From the NCBI GenBank assembly GCA_965263355.1, contig CBDHHL010000056.1, positions 384,001 through 448,000 on the forward strand: 64,000 bases of DNA, written 5' to 3'. The DNA comes from Leptolyngbyaceae cyanobacterium. GTDB taxonomy: Bacteria; Cyanobacteriota; Cyanobacteriia; Phormidesmidales; Phormidesmidaceae. Under the pieces are notes generated by a model. It was not told the origin of the DNA. It worked only from the letters and a program-made list of their open reading frames with translations, and ran no database searches. Positions within the stretch are counted from its first letter, which is position 1. Every line of letters starts with the position of its first letter. A program made the position numbers and the translations under genes. Shown in pieces: positions 48,201 to 56,204 of this stretch.

Positions 48201-49560
48201 ATTCACGGTTGAAATTGATAACGACTTAATCGTCACACCTGACGAGTTTGAAAACCAAATCGAAGCCAGTGGTCTACCTCCTGGTGCAACCACTGATGCT
48301 GAACGCGTTCGTGACTTGTCTGACGACGGTGTGGAAACAGACGAAAATCCCAACGATGGACAACCCGGTAATGGACCTAACGAAGATGATCCGACTGTCG
48401 TGGCTCTACCGCCAACCCCGGTTATCGGTTCTGCTAAACAGACAGTGTCAGCGTTGGTTGAATCGGCTGGAACCTTTGGTACTAATACGGCTCGGATAAC
48501 CTATGACATTATCGTGGCTAACATTGGTAATGTTCCTTTGTTAGAGGTTCAGTTAGAAGAGGATCTCAGTGAAGTATTTGGTCCGGCAGATACGTTTGAG
48601 GTTGTCAGTATTACCCGGATCGGTGGTGCTAATACAGTACAGGTAGATCCTGGCTTTGACGGTGTTAACGGCGGTAATACAACATTACTGGCAGATGTAG
48701 CTGGTACTGCAACAGGTACATTGGCCGTTGGCGCATCCAGTACTTTACAGCTAGTGGTGGATGTTGACTTTAGCAGTCCCAATCTGATTACGCCTGTACC
48801 AGGCCCCTATCTAAATCAGGTGATCGCGACGGCTACTGATGATCCGAATGATCCCCCTGGCACTCCTCCTGTCACGTCTGACCCATCTGATAGTGGTATG
48901 GATGTTGATCCAGATGGAGATGGTAATCCCAATGAAGACAATGGTGTGGACCCAGATCCAGAGAATCCAGAGAATGACGGTAATGAAAATACGCCGACAC
49001 AGGTCACATTTACCCCTGATTTACGGCTGGTCAAACGCATTACTCGGGTAACTCGAAATGGCACAGAGCTGGCAATTGCAAACATTGGCTTATTTAATGA
49101 TCAAGCTAGCGACACCAACGATAATGCGTTGGCAACACTATCGGGTGATAATTTCCCCCTAGGACGAGCAGATATCACCGATGTGTCTTTACAGTCTGGT
49201 GATCTTGTTGAGTACACTGTCTACTTCTTTAACGCGGGTGTTGGTGTCGCTGAAAATGTGGAGATGTGTGATGAACTACAAGTACCGAGCGTCTTACAGC
49301 CCACTAGTTTACAGTTGGCTCAACCCACTGATGGTTCTACTCTAAACTTCTCTAATATTGGACCTCTGTCTGCAAGAGCACCTTTATCTCCTTTGGAGCC
49401 TTCTTGTGAGACGGCACCTGGAACATTTCCATCAGGTGTACCTTCAGGAGGTTTGGGCGTTGGTGCGGGTGGCGGAGTCGTCGTTGGGGGGCCTGAGTCT
49501 GGGCTTAACGTTAATAGCGGCGAAGTGGGTGCGTTTCGGTTTGAAATTGAGATTCCATAA
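45241..49560 (+). CDS. Large acidic repeat surface protein or adhesin with six DUF11-like Ig domains (true start probably near ATG 45370)
   Basis: Signal peptide ending ALA|Q, unique N-terminal domain, repeats whose IG.AK-type Lys codons lie at 46234, 46786, 47338, 47890, 48436 and 49033, and D/N/P-rich DPNGNGDP linkers. Confidence 0.88.
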   Translation: MLDQSVSNSRELVENSAVKFCHNHLKQLFLQGLPFTGKGYFKQMPSHGKLAQPLAWSLPLISILASAPTALAQVNVSLDWDTVDFPVTGSEIYTDVGGSGVDVQISVTGAVTGNGNPNLNLGDSGFVTTTPFTAGDPPVTPGAVETLLVGIEGGSEAVVTIEFFETGTTTPVDVDLASIPLFDVDLLFNSNNVVSWQDEVEVSASSGGVAADITTSDGAGANEGSFNAETAGADSVTLIGFNTIDDPGIPAAPSVNANSPRQPLRTTPTTIGEFQQGNATVNFPGEVDTITIVFRDGPATPTGSGNFHAIAIGDISFTANLTPATPSIGIAKEIDGVPTETATPGIFELTYNLTIANTGSEALNTVQIVEDFIDPITGGPTFGPGNIISSTIGTVIPTGGAIIETNDAYNVAATGVANANVLVAANSSLPVGASATIPITIQVDTTQPDFPPDGGDGYNNQATVTAIGESGTPAPPDDSDNGTEPDPNGNGDPTEDGENDPTPASFAFAPAIGLAKQVASPPTPAATPGFFNITYLLTVENLGNEQLDEVQIVEDFIDPLTALPTFGPGNITVSNIGTITNNGGGTLTLNPDYNATATGTANSDVLATGGSLPIGASATIPIVIQVDTTQLDFPDDTAGDGFNNQATASGTGANSGEGVEDESDDGTEPDSDGNGSADDPGEDDPTPVTFETEPAVGIAKQIADGPTETTTPGIFELTYNLTIENTGTEALDAVQIDEPFFDPITNGPTFGPDNIVSSTIGTVIPSGGAVIETNDNYNVSATGPTDTSVLVEASSSLPLGASATIPITIQVDITQPDFPADGGDGYNNQATVTGTGESGNPAPPDLSDDGTEPDPNNNGDPTEDGENDPTPASFDLTPAIGVSKRVISATTQPDGDFEVVYETTVENLGQVTLTDVQLVEDLDDTYGEGAFQIISTPDFTPRGTVDEVELEVNDNFDGDAPNGIPGDTNIILPTGQTLQPGQNSTFQFTVEIDNDLIVTPDEFENQIEASGLPPGATTDAERVRDLSDDGVETDENPNDGQPGNGPNEDDPTVVALPPTPVIGSAKQTVSALVESAGTFGTNTARITYDIIVANIGNVPLLEVQLEEDLSEVFGPADTFEVVSITRIGGANTVQVDPGFDGVNGGNTTLLADVAGTATGTLAVGASSTLQLVVDVDFSSPNLITPVPGPYLNQVIATATDDPNDPPGTPPVTSDPSDSGMDVDPDGDGNPNEDNGVDPDPENPENDGNENTPTQVTFTPDLRLVKRITRVTRNGTELAIANIGLFNDQASDTNDNALATLSGDNFPLGRADITDVSLQSGDLVEYTVYFFNAGVGVAENVEMCDELQVPSVLQPTSLQLAQPTDGSTLNFSNIGPLSARAPLSPLEPSCETAPGTFPSGVPSGGLGVGAGGGVVVGGPESGLNVNSGEVGAFRFEIEIP

Positions 49561-49585
49561 GATACCCTACTTTCAATCATCCATC

Positions 49586-49627
49586 AGCCCTCTAACATTG
49601 GTTTATTGAATGTTAGAGGGCTATTTT
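49586..49627 (+). terminator. Hairpin or terminator after the adhesin gene
   Basis: AGCCCTCTAACATT...AATGTTAGAGGGCT 14-bp stem followed by ATTTT. Confidence 0.7.
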
Positions 49628-49645
49628 CTGGAGGTCCACATTATT

Positions 49646-50863
49646 ATGGTCTTCTCAAAACGTAAACGCCTGTTAATTTGTGGGTTCTATGGCCATTACA
49701 ATTTAGGCGATGAAGCCATGTTGGCAGGTATGCTTGGCTTGCTCAAACACTGTCTTGGTGCTGATTATCTCCAGCAGATCACTGTTTATTCCAATGATCC
49801 AGAGGATACAACCAAACACCATGGTGTTGCTACGTTACGTAACCAGTTTCCCCGTCGTCGTCGTGAAAAGTGGATAAAGTGGGCTGAACATACACTGGCA
49901 TTATGGCAACACCAATTTTTTATCTTGGGGGGAGGTGACTTACTGAGGGACTCGCCTGGGCGGGAGGTGGCTACTGTGTGGTTAAAGCCGCTTCAGCGAG
50001 CGATGGCTTTTGGTTGTCGTACCATTGTTTTGGGCATTAGTGTAGGGGAGGTTTGGAAGCCTCAGACAAAGAGCGCCATTGTTAACACTTTAAATCAAGT
50101 AACGTTGATCGCTGTGCGTGATCAACAGTCTCAGAGGCAACTAAAGCAAATGGGGGTGACTTGTCCTATCTACGTGTCGAGTGATTTAGCACTGCATATA
50201 ACGCCTACCCAATTACGCTCGAGGTCTCAAGCAGCGTTACCTACATCAGACTTTAATATTTCTGCGCCTAATGTAGGCATTTCTATACGGTCTTTATTGG
50301 GGCGTACGCCAGAACTCGATCACAGTATTGAGCAGCAGTTTTATCAGGAAATGGCCAAGGTCATTGATTATTTGATTGAAGTGAAGGGAGCAACGGTTTC
50401 AATGTTGCCGTTTCAAACCCATCCCCCTAGCTATAAGTCTCAGCACCGCCCTACGGATAATGATGAAGATGCGATCGCAACCGTATTGTCTTACTGTCAA
50501 CACCGACAGCGGGTAAGTGTCCACAGACCATTTGATTCTGTGGCACAGGCTATCGATACATTGAAGTCGTTTGACTTAGTCATTGGCACTCGCCTGCATT
50601 CCCTTGTGCTAGCTGCATTGTCGGGCATTCCCCTATTGGCCGCTGTTTATGATAAGAAGGTGTCTGGGTTTATGGCAGAAATTGACCAACAGATCAACAG
50701 TATTGCAGTGCAGCAGTTTACCTTGGCAACCGTTAAACCTCGCCTTGACGATCTATTGACCCATCACCAGCAAAATCATCATAGAATTGTGCAGATGGTT
50801 GAGCAATATCGTCGGAAGACGGATCCTGTTTTAGAAAAGCTATCTCAACTCCTGGGGAGCTGA
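49646..50863 (+). CDS. Polysaccharide pyruvyl transferase (CsaB/WcaK-like)
   Basis: GFYGHYNLGDEAML, GGGDLL, AVRD..S, SDLA and GTRLHS. Start placed at ATG 49646 after GGAGG, because the ORF-track start at 49610 lies inside the hairpin. Confidence 0.9.
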   Translation: MVFSKRKRLLICGFYGHYNLGDEAMLAGMLGLLKHCLGADYLQQITVYSNDPEDTTKHHGVATLRNQFPRRRREKWIKWAEHTLALWQHQFFILGGGDLLRDSPGREVATVWLKPLQRAMAFGCRTIVLGISVGEVWKPQTKSAIVNTLNQVTLIAVRDQQSQRQLKQMGVTCPIYVSSDLALHITPTQLRSRSQAALPTSDFNISAPNVGISIRSLLGRTPELDHSIEQQFYQEMAKVIDYLIEVKGATVSMLPFQTHPPSYKSQHRPTDNDEDAIATVLSYCQHRQRVSVHRPFDSVAQAIDTLKSFDLVIGTRLHSLVLAALSGIPLLAAVYDKKVSGFMAEIDQQINSIAVQQFTLATVKPRLDDLLTHHQQNHHRIVQMVEQYRRKTDPVLEKLSQLLGS

Positions 50864-50864
50864 A

Positions 50865-51854
50865 ATGAGTCATTTTTCTAGCACGCCCATATTTATTGTC
50901 GGGATGCCTCGTTCTGGAACAACGCTTCTGACTAGTATGTTGTCGGCCCATCCTAGGATTGCGATCGCCCCAGAAACCCACTATCTCTCCTATTGGATAC
51001 GGGAGTATAAAAACCTAAATCTCTCTTCTCCAAAAGACTTTGACCATTTTTGGCAAGCTATCAGCCGTAGTCTGCGGTTCTCATATTTTGGTATCAGTGC
51101 TAACAAAACCCGAAATCGCATCTTAGCCAAAGGTTTACCGTCACACCAGCATATTTTGTCAGGCTGGTTAGAAGAGTATGCCAACAGTTTCCATAAGCCA
51201 CGTTGGGGTGAAAAGACGCCACTACACTATCAAAACCTGGAGCAAATACTCACCTGGTTTCCCAATGCTCAGGTTATATGGATGCTGCGAGACCCAAGAG
51301 CGGTCGCTGCATCTCTCCAAAAAGTCCCTTGGGCTAGTAATTATATTCATATCCATGCCCAGCAGTGGCAACAAAGCCTGATTAAGTTTGAACAAAACTG
51401 GCAAAGCGATCCACGCATCCATCTATTGCACTATGAAAAACTCGTACAACAACCTGAAAAATACCTCACAGCATTATGCCAATTTCTCGGCGAAACCTAT
51501 ACGCCTGATATGTTAACAGCACGCTCCGAAGCCCATACTCCCCTGATCAATCGTCAGGGTTGGGCGCTTCAGCATCTACAATCAGCCCTACAACCCATCT
51601 CAGCTAACGCTATCAATAAATGGCATCACGATCTCACCAAACACCAGATTGAGATTATTGACTTGCTCACCTTTCCCCATGCAGCTAACTATGGCTACAT
51701 GGCAAACACATCAACCCTCGGTACCCATGCCCGCTTAACATTAACAATAGAAAGGCTGCGGGTAAAACTCGATCGTAAGCTTACACATTGGCGAACAAAA
51801 TTACTTAAACGGTCCAAGCAAACAGCAAAATACATTGGTGCAGACCCTGAATAA
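50865..51854 (+). CDS. Sulfotransferase family protein
   Basis: PIFIVGMPRSGTT, RWGEKTP and RDPRAV; paralogue of 1678-2673. Confidence 0.87.
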   Translation: MSHFSSTPIFIVGMPRSGTTLLTSMLSAHPRIAIAPETHYLSYWIREYKNLNLSSPKDFDHFWQAISRSLRFSYFGISANKTRNRILAKGLPSHQHILSGWLEEYANSFHKPRWGEKTPLHYQNLEQILTWFPNAQVIWMLRDPRAVAASLQKVPWASNYIHIHAQQWQQSLIKFEQNWQSDPRIHLLHYEKLVQQPEKYLTALCQFLGETYTPDMLTARSEAHTPLINRQGWALQHLQSALQPISANAINKWHHDLTKHQIEIIDLLTFPHAANYGYMANTSTLGTHARLTLTIERLRVKLDRKLTHWRTKLLKRSKQTAKYIGADPE

Positions 51855-52028
51855 GCAACCTCAGGTTTGGAAATATGGTTAATTGAGCAATAGCCCTGTG
51901 CCTATAGGCTCCAATATCCCTTAAAAAGGGTTAGCATCTGGACTTATAGGGTCTAATGTCCTATCATTAGAATTGAAAATATTGTTGTTGCCAAAAATGC
52001 AGTTGTTCAATGGGTGCATTTAAAGTGA

Positions 52029-52793
52029 ATGGCTCTATTTAAGCATCAGTTAAAGCTTTACTTTGATTTTGTCCGTTCTAGCTCAGATTATACAGCCCAA
52101 CAATTTATAATCTTTGGCCGAGGACGATCGGGTAGTACAACACTTGTCAGCCTACTTAATTGTTTACCAGACGTCTATTGTGATGGTGAAATTTTAGCGC
52201 AGTCTGTCCTTTGGCCTCAGGTGTATCTCAAAGCCCATGCTATGAAAGCCCATAGGGCTGTTTATGGGTGTAAAGTTTTAAGTTATCAACTCCGAGATGC
52301 ACAGCATATCCAACAAGGATCAGATTTTTTATATGAACTAAGCCAGTCAGGGGTTCATATTCTTTACTTAAGACGAGAAAACCTGCTTGAACATGCTATT
52401 TCTAATATCCGCGCCCGTAGTTTTGGCTTTCACAAAAGTAGGCTGGAAGGTCTCAAAAAAAGTAAAGTTTGTGTAAATCCCATAGAAGTTATTGATTGGA
52501 TAGAAAAAAGTCAACGTCTATGGAACTATGAGTCGTCCTTATTGCGGAATATTCCTCATCTGGCATTGACCTACGAAAAGAACTTAGCCAGTGAGAGTCA
52601 ACATCAGCCTACGATTGACAAGGTTTGTCATTATCTTGAAATTCAATCTAGCTCTGTGGTTAGTCAATATCAAAAGGTATCGCCACAGACTCTACAGTCA
52701 TCCATAGAAAATTATGATGAGTTGGCTAACTATCTTAGAAAGACTCCCTATTACCATTATCTTGAGGCTTATCCAGCCTTTTCTCCCACTTAA
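52029..52793 (+). CDS. Stf0-like sulfotransferase
   Basis: FIIFGRGRSGSTTLVSLLN, LRRENLLEHAIS and LTYE motifs. Confidence 0.75.
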   Translation: MALFKHQLKLYFDFVRSSSDYTAQQFIIFGRGRSGSTTLVSLLNCLPDVYCDGEILAQSVLWPQVYLKAHAMKAHRAVYGCKVLSYQLRDAQHIQQGSDFLYELSQSGVHILYLRRENLLEHAISNIRARSFGFHKSRLEGLKKSKVCVNPIEVIDWIEKSQRLWNYESSLLRNIPHLALTYEKNLASESQHQPTIDKVCHYLEIQSSSVVSQYQKVSPQTLQSSIENYDELANYLRKTPYYHYLEAYPAFSPT

Positions 52794-52848
52794 TAGCAAG
52801 TCTATTCGGTAGCATAATTACATCTATGGTAATTCCACTGCTGACCGG

Positions 52849-54096
52849 GTGTTCAAGCTTATGACCAGTACGCGCAAAGCAAGCGACTTTCCTGTCACCG
52901 AACATCGTACTCTCTTTCTTGTACAAGTTAGACCCTATCCATTAAGTGGTGGGGTTTCTTTGCGGAACTGGCAAAATATTAATCTTTTGGCTCAACAAGG
53001 GCCAGTTGCTATCTTTTCTCTTTATAAAGGTAGTGCTAACACGAACTCATTACCATTAGCCGCTACTTGGCAGCATTACGATCTATCGGCACCGTCTCGT
53101 CCGATTTGGGAAAAAATTCAGCGTCGCCTCTGGCGCTTGCGTCTAACGGGTCATGCCCGTACTGATTGGCTATATACCCGAGATGCCGCTAACCAACTGC
53201 GTCAGACAATCGCTACCTTTAAACCAACGCTCATTCTCGTTGAAGAGATTTGGTTATATCGCTATTTGCCTATTTTGCGACAGGCTGGATGTCCTTTAAT
53301 TCTGGATAATCATAATGTCGAAGGTGACGATAGCCGCTTTCAGGGAGTTGATTCTATGACTCCTCATATACTGACTAAAGTAAAGCGAATTGAAGAACGG
53401 TTTATTCGAGCGGTAGATCAAGCTTGGATGTGTAGTCAGGAAGATGTGCATCGCTTATATCGGCTCTATCCCATGGAAAAGACAAAAGCCCATGTGATTC
53501 CCAATGGCGTTAATCCTGATTACTACAACACCATGCAATCACGTCCTTTATCCTCTAATCATGCTAATACTTTGATCTATCTTGGGCGTTTCTCATACCA
53601 ACCAAATGCTGAGGCAGCATCTATTTTACTTAACCAGATCTATCCCTCTCTGCAAACGATCATTGGTAATTGTCAGCTTCTACTGGTGGGCTGTGATCCA
53701 ACTGAGGAAATGCTGAGGGCAGCCCAAGCTGATTCAAACATTACTGTTACCGGGCAAGTAGATGATATTCGCCCCTATTTGGCAACAGCAGCGGTTATGG
53801 TGGTGCCCTTGCAAAAAGGCAGCGGTACTCGCCTCAAGCTGTTAGAAGCATTTGCCGCTAAATGCCCTGTTATTAGTACAACAAAGGGAGCTGAAGGACT
53901 GGAGGTAGAGAATGAGAAACATTTACTCTTAAGAGAATCCCCCGCTACTATGGTGAAAGCAATTCAGCAGTTATGGCAAAATCCTCCCATGGCTCAAGCA
54001 TTAGCTGAGGAAGCCCATAGTTATTTTCTAGAACGTTATACCTGGTCTGCTGTTGGTCAAAGAATTCAAAGCTGTTTGGCCCAGCTTTCCAGATAG
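52849..54096 (+). CDS. Glycosyltransferase family 4
   Basis: PYPLSGG..LR, DNHNVE, VIPNGV, and VPLQKGSGTRLKLLEAFA..PVISTTKGAEG. Confidence 0.9.
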   Translation: MFKLMTSTRKASDFPVTEHRTLFLVQVRPYPLSGGVSLRNWQNINLLAQQGPVAIFSLYKGSANTNSLPLAATWQHYDLSAPSRPIWEKIQRRLWRLRLTGHARTDWLYTRDAANQLRQTIATFKPTLILVEEIWLYRYLPILRQAGCPLILDNHNVEGDDSRFQGVDSMTPHILTKVKRIEERFIRAVDQAWMCSQEDVHRLYRLYPMEKTKAHVIPNGVNPDYYNTMQSRPLSSNHANTLIYLGRFSYQPNAEAASILLNQIYPSLQTIIGNCQLLLVGCDPTEEMLRAAQADSNITVTGQVDDIRPYLATAAVMVVPLQKGSGTRLKLLEAFAAKCPVISTTKGAEGLEVENEKHLLLRESPATMVKAIQQLWQNPPMAQALAEEAHSYFLERYTWSAVGQRIQSCLAQLSR

Positions 54097-54125
54097 ATAA
54101 TTTTCCGATGTTTCTCTGAAAAAAA

Positions 54126-55118
54126 ATGCCTCAACTTCAGGTGATTCAGGAACCCCTTTCCGTCAGTGTTGTGGTGCCTTTGTACGATAAGGCAGCCTAT
54201 ATTGAAAAAACACTGAACTCCATTCTGGAGCAAACCCATCCTCCCGATGAAATTATCGTGGTCAATGATGGCTCAACGGATAACGGCCCAGCTTTAGTAC
54301 AGGCTATGGAGGATGAGCGAATTCAGCTGATTTATCAAGATAATCAAGGACCTGGCAGTGCTCGCAATCGAGGGCTACTGGCAGCCAGTGCCACCCATGT
54401 TGCCTTTTTAGATGCTGATGATGAATGGCTCCCCAATTTTTTAGACGTAACCCTTAATCACTTGAGACAGCATCCAGACTGCGCCCTATGTGTGACCGGT
54501 CAATATCGTGGTGAAAACCGCTCTGATTGGAGCAATACGCTATCTGCTCTGGGGTTAACATCGGGTCGATGGCAACTTCCCTTGGAATTATCAGTAGAGC
54601 AACATAAACCCAATATCGATGTACTTCATTCAGGAGCCATTGTGTGCGATCGCAATATTGTCAACCGCTTTGATGGTTTCTATGCAAAAGATCGTTGCAC
54701 CTATGGTGAAGACATTTATTTGTGGCTCCAGGTGATTCTCAACTACCCTATATATAGAGACTTACAACCACTGATGTGGTATCACACCGAAGCCTCGGAT
54801 TTGGCCATATGGAAACAGGTTCGTCCTCCTTGGCCTATGCTTGTGGAACCAGATCCCATTCGCCGCAATTGCCCCGAGCACTACCGCCCTCTGCTAGAGA
54901 GTATTTTTAATACCTATGCAGCGATTGCCGCTTACCGTGCCACAACTACTGAGGATTTAGCCACAGCCAATCAACTATTTGAGGCCTTTCCCGATGCCCG
55001 TAAGCAAATGTTTTACGACTGGCGTAAACGTGTGGACTATCTGATTGCGAATGTACCTAACCTGCGACGTACCTTAAAGGAGGTTAAGGAAATACTCAAC
55101 CCAAGTCGTGAAAGTTGA
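54126..55118 (+). CDS. Glycosyltransferase family 2
   Basis: VSVVVPLYDK, IIVVNDGSTD, SARNRG, FLDADD (DxD) and GED. Confidence 0.92.
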   Translation: MPQLQVIQEPLSVSVVVPLYDKAAYIEKTLNSILEQTHPPDEIIVVNDGSTDNGPALVQAMEDERIQLIYQDNQGPGSARNRGLLAASATHVAFLDADDEWLPNFLDVTLNHLRQHPDCALCVTGQYRGENRSDWSNTLSALGLTSGRWQLPLELSVEQHKPNIDVLHSGAIVCDRNIVNRFDGFYAKDRCTYGEDIYLWLQVILNYPIYRDLQPLMWYHTEASDLAIWKQVRPPWPMLVEPDPIRRNCPEHYRPLLESIFNTYAAIAAYRATTTEDLATANQLFEAFPDARKQMFYDWRKRVDYLIANVPNLRRTLKEVKEILNPSRES

Positions 55119-55143
55119 TAACGCCTGTGCAATGCTGACTAAA

Positions 55144-55893
55144 TTAGCTTGCAAGTACAGACTCTACAATAGCAGAACGTTCAGATAGAGGAGTCTGTCT
55201 CATCTGTTGGTGTAAGGAAAAATCTAGTCGGTATATTTGCCTGAGAATTTCCCGTCCAGTCTCACTCAAGGATTGGTTTTCTTCCATATTCTGTGTTTGA
55301 TGCACTTTGCGAGACGTATCCAATCCCAATAATTGGCCAAATAGCTGTATCTCCTTTGGGTTATCGATTAAGAAAACTCTGCTAGTGGCTAGTCTGACCC
55401 TCATCCAACGCCTCTGAGCATAGAGGCAATCTAGTTGGGAAAATGTATGGGGGTCCCGATGATAGCTAATCGGTAGCCATGCTAGTACAGATTCTAAAGA
55501 CGTTTCTAACAGGGCTTGGCAACAGGCAGCAACATTATCAGTGTCCATGCCAATGTATTCAAGCCATAAACGCTGACAGTGCTGCAGATCTTCCGGACGT
55601 AAATGCTTTGCTGCAAGCATTTTTCTCGGCGTTTTGCGAAACTTATCATTAAAGTAGGATAAGAAACGACTTTCTGGATCTCGAAACAGCAACATCCCCG
55701 TAGGATAGCCGAGAAATCGGTTACTCAATGCAATAGGCAGTGTATGTTTAGTCCAAAGAATCCTTTTTAGAGAATTTTGGTATTTAAGAAAAGAATACAT
55801 GACCTTAAAACTGGTAAGGACGATGTAGTGCTCTTTTCGAAAAACTGGCAAATAAAAGTTATTCATGAATCTTCCGTCCAATGGCAAAGCCAA
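55144..55893 (-). CDS. Sulfotransferase family 2-like protein (divergent)
   Basis: FRDPESRFLSYFNDKF, DPHTFSQ and C-terminal IYRLDF patterns; the 5'-PSB loop (FKVMYS) is atypical. Confidence 0.6.
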   Translation of the reverse strand: MALPLDGRFMNNFYLPVFRKEHYIVLTSFKVMYSFLKYQNSLKRILWTKHTLPIALSNRFLGYPTGMLLFRDPESRFLSYFNDKFRKTPRKMLAAKHLRPEDLQHCQRLWLEYIGMDTDNVAACCQALLETSLESVLAWLPISYHRDPHTFSQLDCLYAQRRWMRVRLATSRVFLIDNPKEIQLFGQLLGLDTSRKVHQTQNMEENQSLSETGREILRQIYRLDFSLHQQMRQTPLSERSAIVESVLAS

Positions 55894-56190
55894 CGACGCA
55901 AAGTCAAAACTTGCCCTTGATTCAGGAAGGTAAAACCTACAAGTTCATTTACGGAAAAACTTCTGTTCTGAACTTGGACAAGGTTTGTATCAAACTTGCG
56001 TCGTTTTGATCGGCTTATTTTTCTAGATAGGAATAACGCCCTTTTATACAAGGGTAGACACCCTTCACCCGGATCGAACAGGTATCGACATTTTTTCTGG
56101 CATACGGACATTTAAACCCTGCCCAAGTTGAAACCCTCAGATTCTTCGCCGGAAAAATGACCGTTCTGGACGTGGACAGGATTGATATCT
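55892..56190. repeat. Two decayed long-hairpin elements of the same family
   Basis: Shared CGGAAAAA..GTTCTG(A/G)AC(T/G)TGGACA(A/G)G right arms and AA(C)YTGCCC left arms; AACGACGCAA/TTGCGTCGTT closes the first. Confidence 0.55.
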
Positions 56191-56204
56191 GCAAGGAATC
56201 GATA

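Noticed and set aside
43257..49609. Many antisense and alternate-frame ORFs inside the OmpA and adhesin genes
   Set aside because: These are shadow ORFs caused by codon bias and repeats in long real genes.
55883..55905. GGCAAA..GACGCAAAG resembling a c-di-GMP-I riboswitch
   Set aside because: The stem and GNRA tetraloop between the two motifs are missing, and it lies antisense to the flanking genes.
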